In this document: positions 18,525 to 26,859 of the stretch, in pieces | Layout: each line of letters starts with the position of its first letter | How positions within the stretch are numbered: the first letter of the stretch is position 1 | Source: Ignavibacteriales bacterium | GTDB taxonomy: Bacteria; Bacteroidota; Ignavibacteria; UBA10030 | Assembly: GCA_031406095.1 (NCBI GenBank) | Contig: JANOGR010000043.1 | Span: 1-53,478, forward strand | Direction of reading: 5' to 3' | Length of the DNA: 53,478 nucleotides | The notes under the pieces: model-generated | Seen by the model: only the letters and a program-made list of their open reading frames with translations | What the model was told of the DNA's origin: nothing | Databases searched by the model: none | Program-made: the position numbers and the translations under genes

Positions 18525-20777
18525 TCAAAAACGCTGATCATCATATCGCAAAGAAATGTAAAATCCCCGTCCTCTTGTTGTAAAACCATTTATTTCTGAG
18601 TACTTGGCATCAAAAACGTTTTCAATTCTTGCACCAATAGATAAATGTCCGTCCAAAGCAAATCTCTGTGAAAGATCCACAATGGTGTAGTCCGCTACTG
18701 GCAAAGTGCCCAAGGCCCCGTATGGCCCTAGTTTTGAATCATAATAGATGTCGCTTCGTGAACCAACATGTTTCACATCAATCCTCAGAGCGAACGGTCC
18801 AATCGGCTTGTATATCAAATTCAAGTTAGCAGTGTTAGGCCTTCTCACAAGATCGGGCGATTCCACTTCCCTGCTTATGAAAGCTCCGTTGCTGAACAAT
18901 TGAACATGGTTCCCCCCTGTCTGTGAACCGTCAATATCGGAAGGATTATAGGTTATCTTTCCGCTTACTATGCTAAAGTTGCCAGTGAAAAGCAGCTTCT
19001 CGCTGATTTGGGAAGTAAGAGTAAACTCAAAGCCGCTGGTGTTTTGTTTACCCACGTTCAAGTACGAGTCTCCTCTGAAATCATCGCGACCCCAATCATT
19101 ACCAAGGGTATCGATGCCGATATTTTTATCCCACAGATATACGTTTTCGATAGCATCGTTCACCGCCGTGTTAAAATACGCGACATTAAGGTTCGTGTTG
19201 TCACCGAATGATTGCTTCAAGCCGATCTCATACGAGGCAGATGTTTCGGGCTTCAGATTTTTGTTGCCTCTCGTAATCCCGGAGATATAATTTTTATCGG
19301 GGGTGTACAACTGGTACAATGACGGCGCGTTGAAGCCGGTCGAGTACGACGCATATAAAAGCGAATGCTCGCCGATTCTTAAAGACGGGTTAATCTCGTA
19401 GGTAAGATTGGTACCATAGGCATTATGGTTGTTTAGTCTCAACCCTAAGCCAAGGGCCATTCCACCAAGAGCTTCATGTACCAGGGCACCACTGAGATCA
19501 ATGTGAACAAAGATATTCTTCGTAGAGGCGTTTAGATTCAGCGTATCCAAGTTCGTCTTCGATTCAAAGACACCAAAACTGCTTCGCGAATAAAAATACG
19601 TTTGCGAGGTCATTGTTTCCCTGTAATAACCGCCACCAAAAACTCCTTCAAAACCTCTCTGCCTCACATTTGCCTGGATTTCATTGGTTGACATGCTTCC
19701 TTTCCACGTCCCGTCGAAATAGGCATGATCCGTGTTCCCGAAGTTATCGACTAGAGAAGAATCGTCGACCGCAACCCTTTTCATATCCGAATAGCCACCG
19801 AGATACTTGAGGTGCACATCGTTACTAATCTTATAGGCTGCACCGTAGGTGAATAAATTTCGCTGGAAATCCAGAGTATAGTTATTGTCATCCGCATAGG
19901 CACCTTTGTCAATATCCGCCCTCTGACTCGTGTTTTTGTATGAAGCGTAAACATCGAGCAGATCGTTCTTGAAACCGATTTTGCCAATGACATCTGTCTT
20001 GTCGAAGCCATCCTTATCACGATTTTTGAAAACATTCGGATTCGTGACGGTATCCATCGTAGCATCCAGACCCTTGATGTTGGAGTTGTTGATCGCCGCA
20101 TTGACGTAGACGCCGATAGGATCGGAATAATTCAAAAACATATTTTCAGAAAATGCCGAACTCCCCCCTCCGAATGTCCCTGTTCTAAGTTCTACGTCGG
20201 TGTTTAACCCCGGTTTTCTGTTTTTCTCTGTGAAGATGTTGACCACGCCACCGATAGCAGATGAACCGTATAGGGTACTGTGGGAACCCCTCACAATTTC
20301 TATGCGTTCAGAGCCGCCGAAAGACAATTCCGACAAGTCGAGTGCATTGTTCACACCGGAGGGGTCTGTGATGCGCACTTCGTCTATCATAACCGTTGTC
20401 TGATTGCTGGCAGCTCCACGAGTGAAAATGCTTTGAAGCATCCCCGGATTTTGGCCAGTTCCCACGATGTACAGGCCTTCATGCTGAGATAGTAATTCTG
20501 CAACATTGTTGTAAATGGAATTCCTCATCTGATCCTGGGTGATGAGCGTGATGCTTCTCCCCGCATCGGCAGGGTCTCTCTCGCTACGAGTCGCTGTGAC
20601 GACTACTTCCCTAAGATGATAGACCTTAACCGTATCCGCGTTCGTTGAATCGTTGGCGGCTCTGTTCGGCGAATTCAAACCCTGTTGTGCAACACCCGCG
20701 CGAAATACGGTGAGGTCTTGTGCTCCCGCGTAAGCTGTAAACAATCCGATTGCACAAAGAGTAATAATGTTCTTCAT
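18525..20777 (-). CDS. TonB-dependent outer-membrane receptor (possibly corrinoid, BtuB-like)
   Basis: 750 aa. Has a signal peptide, a plug region (REVVVTATR), beta-barrel periodicity and a C-terminal ...SLRYDDQRF. It lies downstream of a cobalamin riboswitch. Confidence 0.85.
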   Translation of the reverse strand: MKNIITLCAIGLFTAYAGAQDLTVFRAGVAQQGLNSPNRAANDSTNADTVKVYHLREVVVTATRSERDPADAGRSITLITQDQMRNSIYNNVAELLSQHEGLYIVGTGQNPGMLQSIFTRGAASNQTTVMIDEVRITDPSGVNNALDLSELSFGGSERIEIVRGSHSTLYGSSAIGGVVNIFTEKNRKPGLNTDVELRTGTFGGGSSAFSENMFLNYSDPIGVYVNAAINNSNIKGLDATMDTVTNPNVFKNRDKDGFDKTDVIGKIGFKNDLLDVYASYKNTSQRADIDKGAYADDNNYTLDFQRNLFTYGAAYKISNDVHLKYLGGYSDMKRVAVDDSSLVDNFGNTDHAYFDGTWKGSMSTNEIQANVRQRGFEGVFGGGYYRETMTSQTYFYSRSSFGVFESKTNLDTLNLNASTKNIFVHIDLSGALVHEALGGMALGLGLRLNNHNAYGTNLTYEINPSLRIGEHSLLYASYSTGFNAPSLYQLYTPDKNYISGITRGNKNLKPETSASYEIGLKQSFGDNTNLNVAYFNTAVNDAIENVYLWDKNIGIDTLGNDWGRDDFRGDSYLNVGKQNTSGFEFTLTSQISEKLLFTGNFSIVSGKITYNPSDIDGSQTGGNHVQLFSNGAFISREVESPDLVRRPNTANLNLIYKPIGPFALRIDVKHVGSRSDIYYDSKLGPYGALGTLPVADYTIVDLSQRFALDGHLSIGARIENVFDAKYSEINGFTTRGRGFYISLRYDDQRF

Positions 20778-20848
20778 AACTGCTCCTTCATGAATTAATT
20801 GTGGGATGATTTATTAACGAGAGATAGTTTTCGAACATGGGGATACGT

Positions 20849-21610
20849 TCATACAGTCCTTCCAACCTCCGAAACGGGGAGTAAATCGCCATACCAAAAC
20901 CCGCTGTCAAAGGGATTAGAGTTGCTGCTGTTACAGTCATATTGAGAATCTCCGTTTTGCTGCGCAGCCGAGTATTTCCGATAAACGATCTCACCCGATC
21001 TGAATGCAATCGGTTTTTTGAAAATGGGACCATTGTAGACGAATGAGTGAAATTCTCCATACTCACCGCAGGGATCGACATTGGAGGGGAGATCTTTTAA
21101 GAATGAATCGTCAATAACACGTCCTACAAAACTCCGGTCCAGGAACTTATCGTTCACACACACAACTACAGCTTTAAACCCTAAACTAATGAACTCTCGG
21201 ATCAGTTGACCGGTTGAAATCTTCCAAAGAGGAAAGATCCCTTTCAAGTTCATCTCGGCGAGTTTGTTTTCCCTGTACTTACGAAGGTCTTCAAGAAAAA
21301 TATCGCCAAAGATGCAGCCTTCCATCCCCTCGTTCTTGAGTAGCGTGAGCGTCTCTTTCATGATCGCTTCATACGTCTTCATATCCGGCATCTCCGGCAT
21401 GAACATTTTGATGAGCGGTATTCCAATATTTGCAGCTTGTTGTTTCAATAACTCAATCCTCACACCGTGCATGGAAATCCGTCGGTACTGTTCGTTGACA
21501 CTGGTGAGCAGATAGGAAACATCATATTCTCCGAGAGCCAAGACCCTGTATAAGCAGAGAGCAGAATCTTTTCCCCCGCTCCAATTGAAAACGACTTTCT
21601 GTTTTTGCAT
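20849..21610 (-). CDS. Dph6-like (COG2102 / MJ0570 family) PP-loop ATP pyrophosphatase
   Basis: 253 aa. Contains the N-terminal PP-loop NWSGGKDSA, then GDIFLEDLRKYRE, FPLW and PCGEYGEFHSFV blocks typical of the diphthamide-synthase-like ATP-binding domain. Confidence 0.8.
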   Translation of the reverse strand: MQKQKVVFNWSGGKDSALCLYRVLALGEYDVSYLLTSVNEQYRRISMHGVRIELLKQQAANIGIPLIKMFMPEMPDMKTYEAIMKETLTLLKNEGMEGCIFGDIFLEDLRKYRENKLAEMNLKGIFPLWKISTGQLIREFISLGFKAVVVCVNDKFLDRSFVGRVIDDSFLKDLPSNVDPCGEYGEFHSFVYNGPIFKKPIAFRSGEIVYRKYSAAQQNGDSQYDCNSSNSNPFDSGFWYGDLLPVSEVGRTV

Positions 21611-21861
21611 GGTTTATCCTATCGAGTGTAAGGACAGTGTCTACAACCGTTATTGCACCGTTACCGATATAATTCTTTGCATTGCCTTGAGTGCATTTTC
21701 ACCGGAAACCCCCTTAATGAATTCGTCAATTCTGTCCCCAACACACAGGAAGCTGCTCCACGTCCAACAGATAATCACACTCATGCGAACCCCCGTCGAT
21801 TCGGTCTCGCAGACCAAGCGCACATCACAGAGTGAATAAGTCTGTAAATCCATTTGCCAAA

Positions 21862-21899
21862 AAACAAAAAGCCCCAACCTTCAAATTGAAAGTCGGGGC
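21862..21899 (-). terminator. intrinsic terminator of the cobalamin riboswitch expression platform
   Basis: The minus strand reads GCCCCGAC-TTTCAATTTGAAG-GTTGGGGC followed by TTTTTGTTTT. Confidence 0.7.
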
Positions 21900-21959
21900 A
21901 AATAAACAAGAACCTATTAATGCATACCCGCGCCTTCCCTCGAAGGTTGTATTGCGATC

Positions 21960-22150
21960 ATTGCGTTGGTCGGTCTCCTGGCTTTCCCCATCTCTGACTT
22001 GCCTTCCCGTGACGCGTGTGGCGGCACAGTGACGTAATTAGTCAAAGAGACAACGCCGAAAAAATCCGGCATCGGGATTACAGTTGCGGGGCAGCTTCCG
22101 ATTTACACGGAATTCCCTGGCTCCGAAACCATCGGAGCCACCAACATCAA
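21960..22150 (-). promoter_or_regulatory. cobalamin (B12) riboswitch
   Basis: The minus strand reads GTTGGTGGCTCCGATGGTTTCGGAGCCAGGGAATTCCGTGTAAATCGGAAGCTGCCCCGCAACTGTAATCC ... GCCACACG...CGGGAAGGC ... AAGCCAGGAGACCGACCAAC. The conserved core and the B12 box (AGCCAGGAGACC) are both present, and P1 closes as GTTGGT/ACCAAC. Confidence 0.85.
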
Positions 22151-22373
22151 TATGTGAAAGAACGAAAACTCGTAAACTATATACTATACAAGATACGGAA
22201 AGTCAACTTTTTCAAAAAGGAGAGCCACTGGATGGTTTTGGCTGCGGTCAACGATACCTGGAGACGGCTTTTTCTTCTAACGGACCTTGAAATTCAGCTG
22301 CATGTGATTAAGAAATAAGATGGATCAAAAAATGCAGGTGGTGTCCTCTATTCATTTAGGCACAGAACGAAAC

Positions 22374-22949
22374 TTAATTGCGTAACACTTCGGCCGGCTG
22401 CCGTTGCCATGTTTTGATCACTTCTTCCGTTGTCTTAATTTCAGCGCCATAATTTGTCTTTAAATATTCAAGCCCTTCATTATGGGCCTTTTCGTCGAAT
22501 GCTTCAACACCATCCTGCAGAATAACCAGATTGTACCCTCTGTAAAATGCGTCGGCAGAAGTATGTCGGTCACAGATGTTTGTGTGTAAGCCAGTGATAT
22601 ACAACTTCGTCACGCCGATGCTTCTCAATAGCTGATCAAGCCCGGTTTCAAAAAATGCCGAGTAGGTACGCTTTTCAAACAGATAATCAGAGCGTTCTGG
22701 TTTTAACTCTGGAATCACCTCTGCACCCTCGGTTCCCTTCATGGCATGCTCACCCCAGACACGAAGCTCAAAATCCTCCTTTAGATGTGCATCCCCGGAA
22801 TAAATCACAGGAATTCCTTCCTTGCGAGCTTCTGCAAGGAATTTTGTGAGATTGGGAATAATCCGGTCTGCTCGTTCGCAGCGCAATTTTCCCGTGACAA
22901 AATCATTGAGCATATCAATGACAAGAACTGCCTGGGATTTTTTTACCAT
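22374..22949 (-). CDS. isochorismatase-family cysteine hydrolase (nicotinamidase-like)
   Basis: ATG at 22949 is preceded by AAGGAG. The sequence MVKKSQAVLVIDMLNDF carries the Asp, EKRTYSAF the Lys and TNICDRHT the catalytic Cys. Confidence 0.8.
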   Translation of the reverse strand: MVKKSQAVLVIDMLNDFVTGKLRCERADRIIPNLTKFLAEARKEGIPVIYSGDAHLKEDFELRVWGEHAMKGTEGAEVIPELKPERSDYLFEKRTYSAFFETGLDQLLRSIGVTKLYITGLHTNICDRHTSADAFYRGYNLVILQDGVEAFDEKAHNEGLEYLKTNYGAEIKTTEEVIKTWQRQPAEVLRN

Positions 22950-23358
22950 AATCTGTTCTCCTTTCCTCTGCACTTGCCATTCAATATAACCATAGGGAAA
23001 GGACAAATCAAATTGGGTAATGGCTCAGTTTGATAAGCCGCTACAGGAATTTTTATTCGCCTGTTTCGCGCCGAGGGCGCGATGGGTGGGAAGCGTTTCC
23101 GCTATTTTGGCATCTAAACATCAAAGCAAAACAATTTTCAAGCAGAAATTGTTGCTCAAAATAGGTTCGAGCTTCGTTCAGTAATTGCGACCAGCTGTCG
23201 GTTATCCCTTCTTAAATTTCTTCTTGATCGTTGCTGCAGCCTCCGCGAACTCTGCACCCTCAATCCACTGTATCCTATTCTCCGCCTGTCGAATCACCGC
23301 TTCACCGCTTTTTCAAGTCTGACAAAAAGTCTGGTTCTTAAGCGAACAGTGGAAAATG

Positions 23359-24387
23359 TCACGTTCCCCTTCCCTGCAGGAACGTCAATTTCCCTTCTGA
23401 TGAAATGATGAAGGCCTGTGTACCGCCCAGTTCACCGATGATTTTTTTGGCTCGGGGAACGTCCATGCAGAAAATACCGGTGGACAAGGCATCCGCAGCC
23501 AGGGCTGATGGGGCAATGACCGTCGTGCTCAATGCAGCATCGCTTGGTGTCCCCAGATAAGGATCAAAAATGTGTCCGTAGCGATGCGACCCGACTTGGA
23601 TAAACTTCTCAGTGTTGCCTGACGTCGAAATCGCTTTGTTGCTTAACGTAAGACTCGCCACTATTTCTTCGGGTTTCGCGGGGTTCGGAATTCCCACCCG
23701 CCAGCCACTGTCGTTTTCCGGTTTTCCCAGGGCGTAGGCATCACCGCTGTGGTTGATGAATGCGGCCTCAATCCCTTCCGATTGTAAGGCTCTCACAGCA
23801 AGATCGACGGAGAAACCAACGGCTATGCCTCCGAGGTCGATTTTTGAATCTGCTTGATCGAGGCCAATTGCCTGGTTCTTCTCGTCGATAGAAATATGAG
23901 AAAAGCCCACGGCATCAAGTCTGCTCTGGATTTCAGCATCGGAGGGACGCTTCCGGAGAGACGGAGGTTCATGACGAAAACCCCACAAGTTCATGAGTGG
24001 CTCAACGGTGATGTCGAAAGATCCGCTGGTAATTTCATGGTATTTCTTTGCCGCTTGTACAACGTGGATGAGTTCCTCGTCCACTTTGACGGTGCTTTTT
24101 CCTGCCGCTGAATTCACACGGGCAAGCTGACTGTCCGTTTTGTACAGGCTCATCAGGCGATCTACCCGCTGTATTTCTTGGATCGCTTTGTCAATCGCGT
24201 GGTTCACGTGTTCCCGACTTTCACCATAGGCGCTTATCGTGACGATTGTACCCATCGTAAAAAATGAGCGCTCGATGTAGGCTTGTTTGTTCTTGAAAGG
24301 AAGCTCGGACGCGAGAACCAGACCCGCGACCGACTTTAGTGTTTGACCGATGAACCCACGGCGGGAATAGAGATTGTCGAAACTCAT
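23359..24387 (-). CDS. apbE: FAD:protein FMN transferase (ApbE) with Tat-type signal
   Basis: 342 aa. Has a twin-arginine N-terminus (SRRGFIGQTLKSVAG) and ApbE-like blocks (FFTMGT, FDITV, GGIAVGF, SGD). Confidence 0.85.
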   Translation of the reverse strand: MSFDNLYSRRGFIGQTLKSVAGLVLASELPFKNKQAYIERSFFTMGTIVTISAYGESREHVNHAIDKAIQEIQRVDRLMSLYKTDSQLARVNSAAGKSTVKVDEELIHVVQAAKKYHEITSGSFDITVEPLMNLWGFRHEPPSLRKRPSDAEIQSRLDAVGFSHISIDEKNQAIGLDQADSKIDLGGIAVGFSVDLAVRALQSEGIEAAFINHSGDAYALGKPENDSGWRVGIPNPAKPEEIVASLTLSNKAISTSGNTEKFIQVGSHRYGHIFDPYLGTPSDAALSTTVIAPSALAADALSTGIFCMDVPRAKKIIGELGGTQAFIISSEGKLTFLQGRGT

Positions 24388-24402
24388 GATTGACGGTGGA
24401 AA

Positions 24403-24960
24403 CTACGGCAGCCGGGCTTCCTCCTCGTAAAGCTGTTCTTCGGTTTCTCCTTCGAGAACACCTTGCGCTCCCTCCCTCGATTTGGTTCTTGCCTTGAAAA
24501 GAAACCACCCGAGAGAAGCGAGAAGGAAAACGAGGCTTGCCTGTAAGACAACAAACGACACCACTTTCATCCATGCGAATTGCGGGCCAACAAATCGGAC
24601 CAGCCAGCCCGATGCTTCGTTCAGCAATCCAGACAAAAAAGCGACGGCGACAAATGCCACCTTGCCCGACTTCGAAAACGGGGCGAAGATCACAAGATGC
24701 GTGAGAAACAGGATAACCAGCGCCATCATCGCAAGATGACTGTGGGTGACTTCCAGCATGGATTGATACGACCGGGGTTGCCGAAATTCTTCTTCCGAAC
24801 CGTTATAATACGTGACAACAGAACCTGGCCGCAGATCCATGTTGGCAAAATACAATGCATGGTTTGTCACAACAAACCCGGCAAAAAAGACCAGGGTGAG
24901 GCCAAGTGTCAAACGCATCAAAGGATTCTGCGTGAAGCTGCCTGTTTGCATGTATTTCAC
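24403..24960 (-). CDS. 4-TM membrane protein of unknown function (His-containing helices)
   Basis: 185 aa with four hydrophobic spans. Histidines lie in or near the spans (TNHALYF, VTHSHLAMMALVILFLTHLVIF). The C-terminal tail is acidic. 4-nt overlap with the upstream gene. Confidence 0.6.
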   Translation of the reverse strand: MKYMQTGSFTQNPLMRLTLGLTLVFFAGFVVTNHALYFANMDLRPGSVVTYYNGSEEEFRQPRSYQSMLEVTHSHLAMMALVILFLTHLVIFAPFSKSGKVAFVAVAFLSGLLNEASGWLVRFVGPQFAWMKVVSFVVLQASLVFLLASLGWFLFKARTKSREGAQGVLEGETEEQLYEEEARLP

Positions 24961-25493
24961 CGGGTTTGCTCCTTGGGAATTGCAACCTCAAACGTCGCGA
25001 GAATCCTCCGCACACCATCGCTCAATGCTTGAGCAGAGAGAGTTGCGCCGACCATGTTGTGAATGCCCCGTTTCAGCCAAAGATCGCTCTGCGGATTTTT
25101 GTTCGTGAATTGCGCGAGCCATTTTTTCGATGGCAGGTAGTCCTCGGGCTCATAAAATGCTAATATCTCGACTGCCCGGACGGAAGTGTCCGGAAGAACA
25201 ATGACCGCATACGTTGCGGGCATCGTCCTGATAATCTGAGTATCGAAAAAAGTATAGCCGAGCTTACCGGAGGCATCTTTTCCGACATAATACGTGATGA
25301 TTTTTGACTCAACCTTCGCTTTTGCCTTCTCCTGGATTCTACCGACTTGTGCATCAGTGAGAAAAACGGATTTGCGCTCAATTGTTTCTGCGTACGGAAA
25401 ATATACCTTCAGCGCCTCATCCTTTGTAAGATAAACTTGTGCGCAAAGGATGGAAGGAAAGAGAACGAGGGCATATTTCGTGATCGTGGGCAC
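24957..25493 (-). CDS. secreted FMN-binding-domain protein (flavinylation substrate)
   Basis: 178 aa. Has a signal peptide and an FMN_bind-like C-terminal motif, MVGATLSAQA (the Thr of GAT is the usual ApbE target). Confidence 0.7.
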   Translation of the reverse strand: MPTITKYALVLFPSILCAQVYLTKDEALKVYFPYAETIERKSVFLTDAQVGRIQEKAKAKVESKIITYYVGKDASGKLGYTFFDTQIIRTMPATYAVIVLPDTSVRAVEILAFYEPEDYLPSKKWLAQFTNKNPQSDLWLKRGIHNMVGATLSAQALSDGVRRILATFEVAIPKEQTR

Positions 25494-25500
25494 GTGGAGC

Positions 25501-26766
25501 TTAGAAGAGGTAATTCAGTGCGACGTTCCATTGGTCGACGGCCGTCGTTGCTGCGTTTGCATTATCCCGATAGTCAATTTTGAATGCGACATTCGGATGC
25601 GGCTTGTATGTCAGGCCGACCGTGAGAATTGTTCTATCGTAGGACTTGTTTGCAGTGTATCCGGCTGGCACGGAATCATGAGTATTCAGCCTCTCGTACT
25701 GAATAAACGGAGCCAGATAATGTTGTGAACCGGGTACGATCATCGGCATGACATCGTATCCTCCGACGATATACCAGCCTTTCATGGAAGAACCGATCGT
25801 CTTTGAGCTCAGGACGCTCGCTTTTGCGGCTTCGCCAACGTCGGCCCGGGCGTAGAGTGCGCGCATCTCGAGATTCATCCAGTTGAATTCCCCGTGAATG
25901 CTGAAGAGGGTTGTTGCAATAGAAGTATCCGTTTTCCCCTGGCCGGAGTTTCCCGCATAAAAGCTTGCGCCGATCGTGCTTCCGGTGAAACCCGTATATT
26001 CGAGTTTTCCCGTCGCACCGAAATCCTCCGCTATGGCGCTCGCCCCACTCTGCCTTCCACCGCGGATACCTTCGGAATCTGAGAATTTTGCTGCGTTCAG
26101 TCCCTCCACAATGTACGCCCGATAGTGCAGGGATGGGACAAGTTCACCATAGACCCCCATTCCGTTGGCTCTCCACGTGCTCGGAATGATCAGGCGTTCA
26201 ACCTGCGGACGCAATGTTCCAAAAAATGTCGACGGCTCGTGCTTCTCGTTAACGATTCCAACAGGAGGAAGGACCATTCCCACCCGGAGGTTGAAATTTC
26301 TTGAAAACATGAGGTCGATATAGCCGAACTCGACCGAGACTTCCCCGCCTTTTCCGGTACTGGCGTGTTCGAATTCGACCTCTGAATTAAACACGATCCA
26401 GTCGTTAAACCGGAAACCGACATACACGACATTCCGGAGAAAATCGATTTTGTCGTTGATTCCCGAGGAAGCACCATCGTCCTTTTTTTTGGCAAAGTTT
26501 TCGTACACCACTTCTCCGTATCCTGCCAGGGAGACGCCTGTTTTCTTCAGACTGTACACCTTGGCTGCCGCAGGACCGAGCCCATATTGCGTCTCATACG
26601 CTGGCGCGGCAACTTCCCCGAGCTTGAGCCGCTCGATTTCCTGAGTGAGTATTTCGATCTGACGCTGATGCTCTTTGAGTGTATCCACGCGGGTCTGAGC
26701 AAACGACGGAAAACATAATACCGCGGGTGTCAGGATGGCAATAAAAATGTTTAAGAGCCGTTTCAT
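25501..26766 (-). CDS. outer-membrane porin-like beta-barrel
   Basis: 421 aa. Has a signal peptide ending FAQ, a short coiled-coil (HQRQIEILTQEIERLKLGE), alternating beta-strand pattern and a C-terminal ...ALNYLF. Confidence 0.65.
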   Translation of the reverse strand: MKRLLNIFIAILTPAVLCFPSFAQTRVDTLKEHQRQIEILTQEIERLKLGEVAAPAYETQYGLGPAAAKVYSLKKTGVSLAGYGEVVYENFAKKKDDGASSGINDKIDFLRNVVYVGFRFNDWIVFNSEVEFEHASTGKGGEVSVEFGYIDLMFSRNFNLRVGMVLPPVGIVNEKHEPSTFFGTLRPQVERLIIPSTWRANGMGVYGELVPSLHYRAYIVEGLNAAKFSDSEGIRGGRQSGASAIAEDFGATGKLEYTGFTGSTIGASFYAGNSGQGKTDTSIATTLFSIHGEFNWMNLEMRALYARADVGEAAKASVLSSKTIGSSMKGWYIVGGYDVMPMIVPGSQHYLAPFIQYERLNTHDSVPAGYTANKSYDRTILTVGLTYKPHPNVAFKIDYRDNANAATTAVDQWNVALNYLF

Positions 26767-26859
26767 TGTTATCTCTTTCTTATTGATTGGAAAAAAGAAC
26801 TTGAAGGTTGGACTGGCCCTGCAAACTCTATTCCATAAACCGGTAGCGGAGAACTTTCC

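Noticed and set aside
21691-21713. Possible second cobalamin riboswitch (minus strand GGGGGTTTCCGGTGAAAATGCAC)
   Set aside because: It resembles only the GGTGAAAA core. There is no GCCCCCGCAACTGTAA-type segment or B12 box nearby.
21650-21877. 75-aa minus-strand ORF as a real first gene of the B12-regulated unit
   Set aside because: Its start lies inside the riboswitch terminator stem. Only the shorter 44-codon version is even conceivable, and that is kept as a low-interest finding.
23161-23200. GGTTCGAGC-containing stretch checked as a possible tRNA T-arm
   Set aside because: I could not draw an acceptor stem, a D-arm or an anticodon arm around it.
23202-23312. Short minus-strand open frame ending ...IRQAENRIQWIEGAEFAEAAATIKKKFKKG in the ApbE / hydrolase intergenic region
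   Set aside because: It has no ATG (only a possible GTG giving 31 aa), no RBS and no recognisable family. It may be a gene remnant, but I cannot support it.
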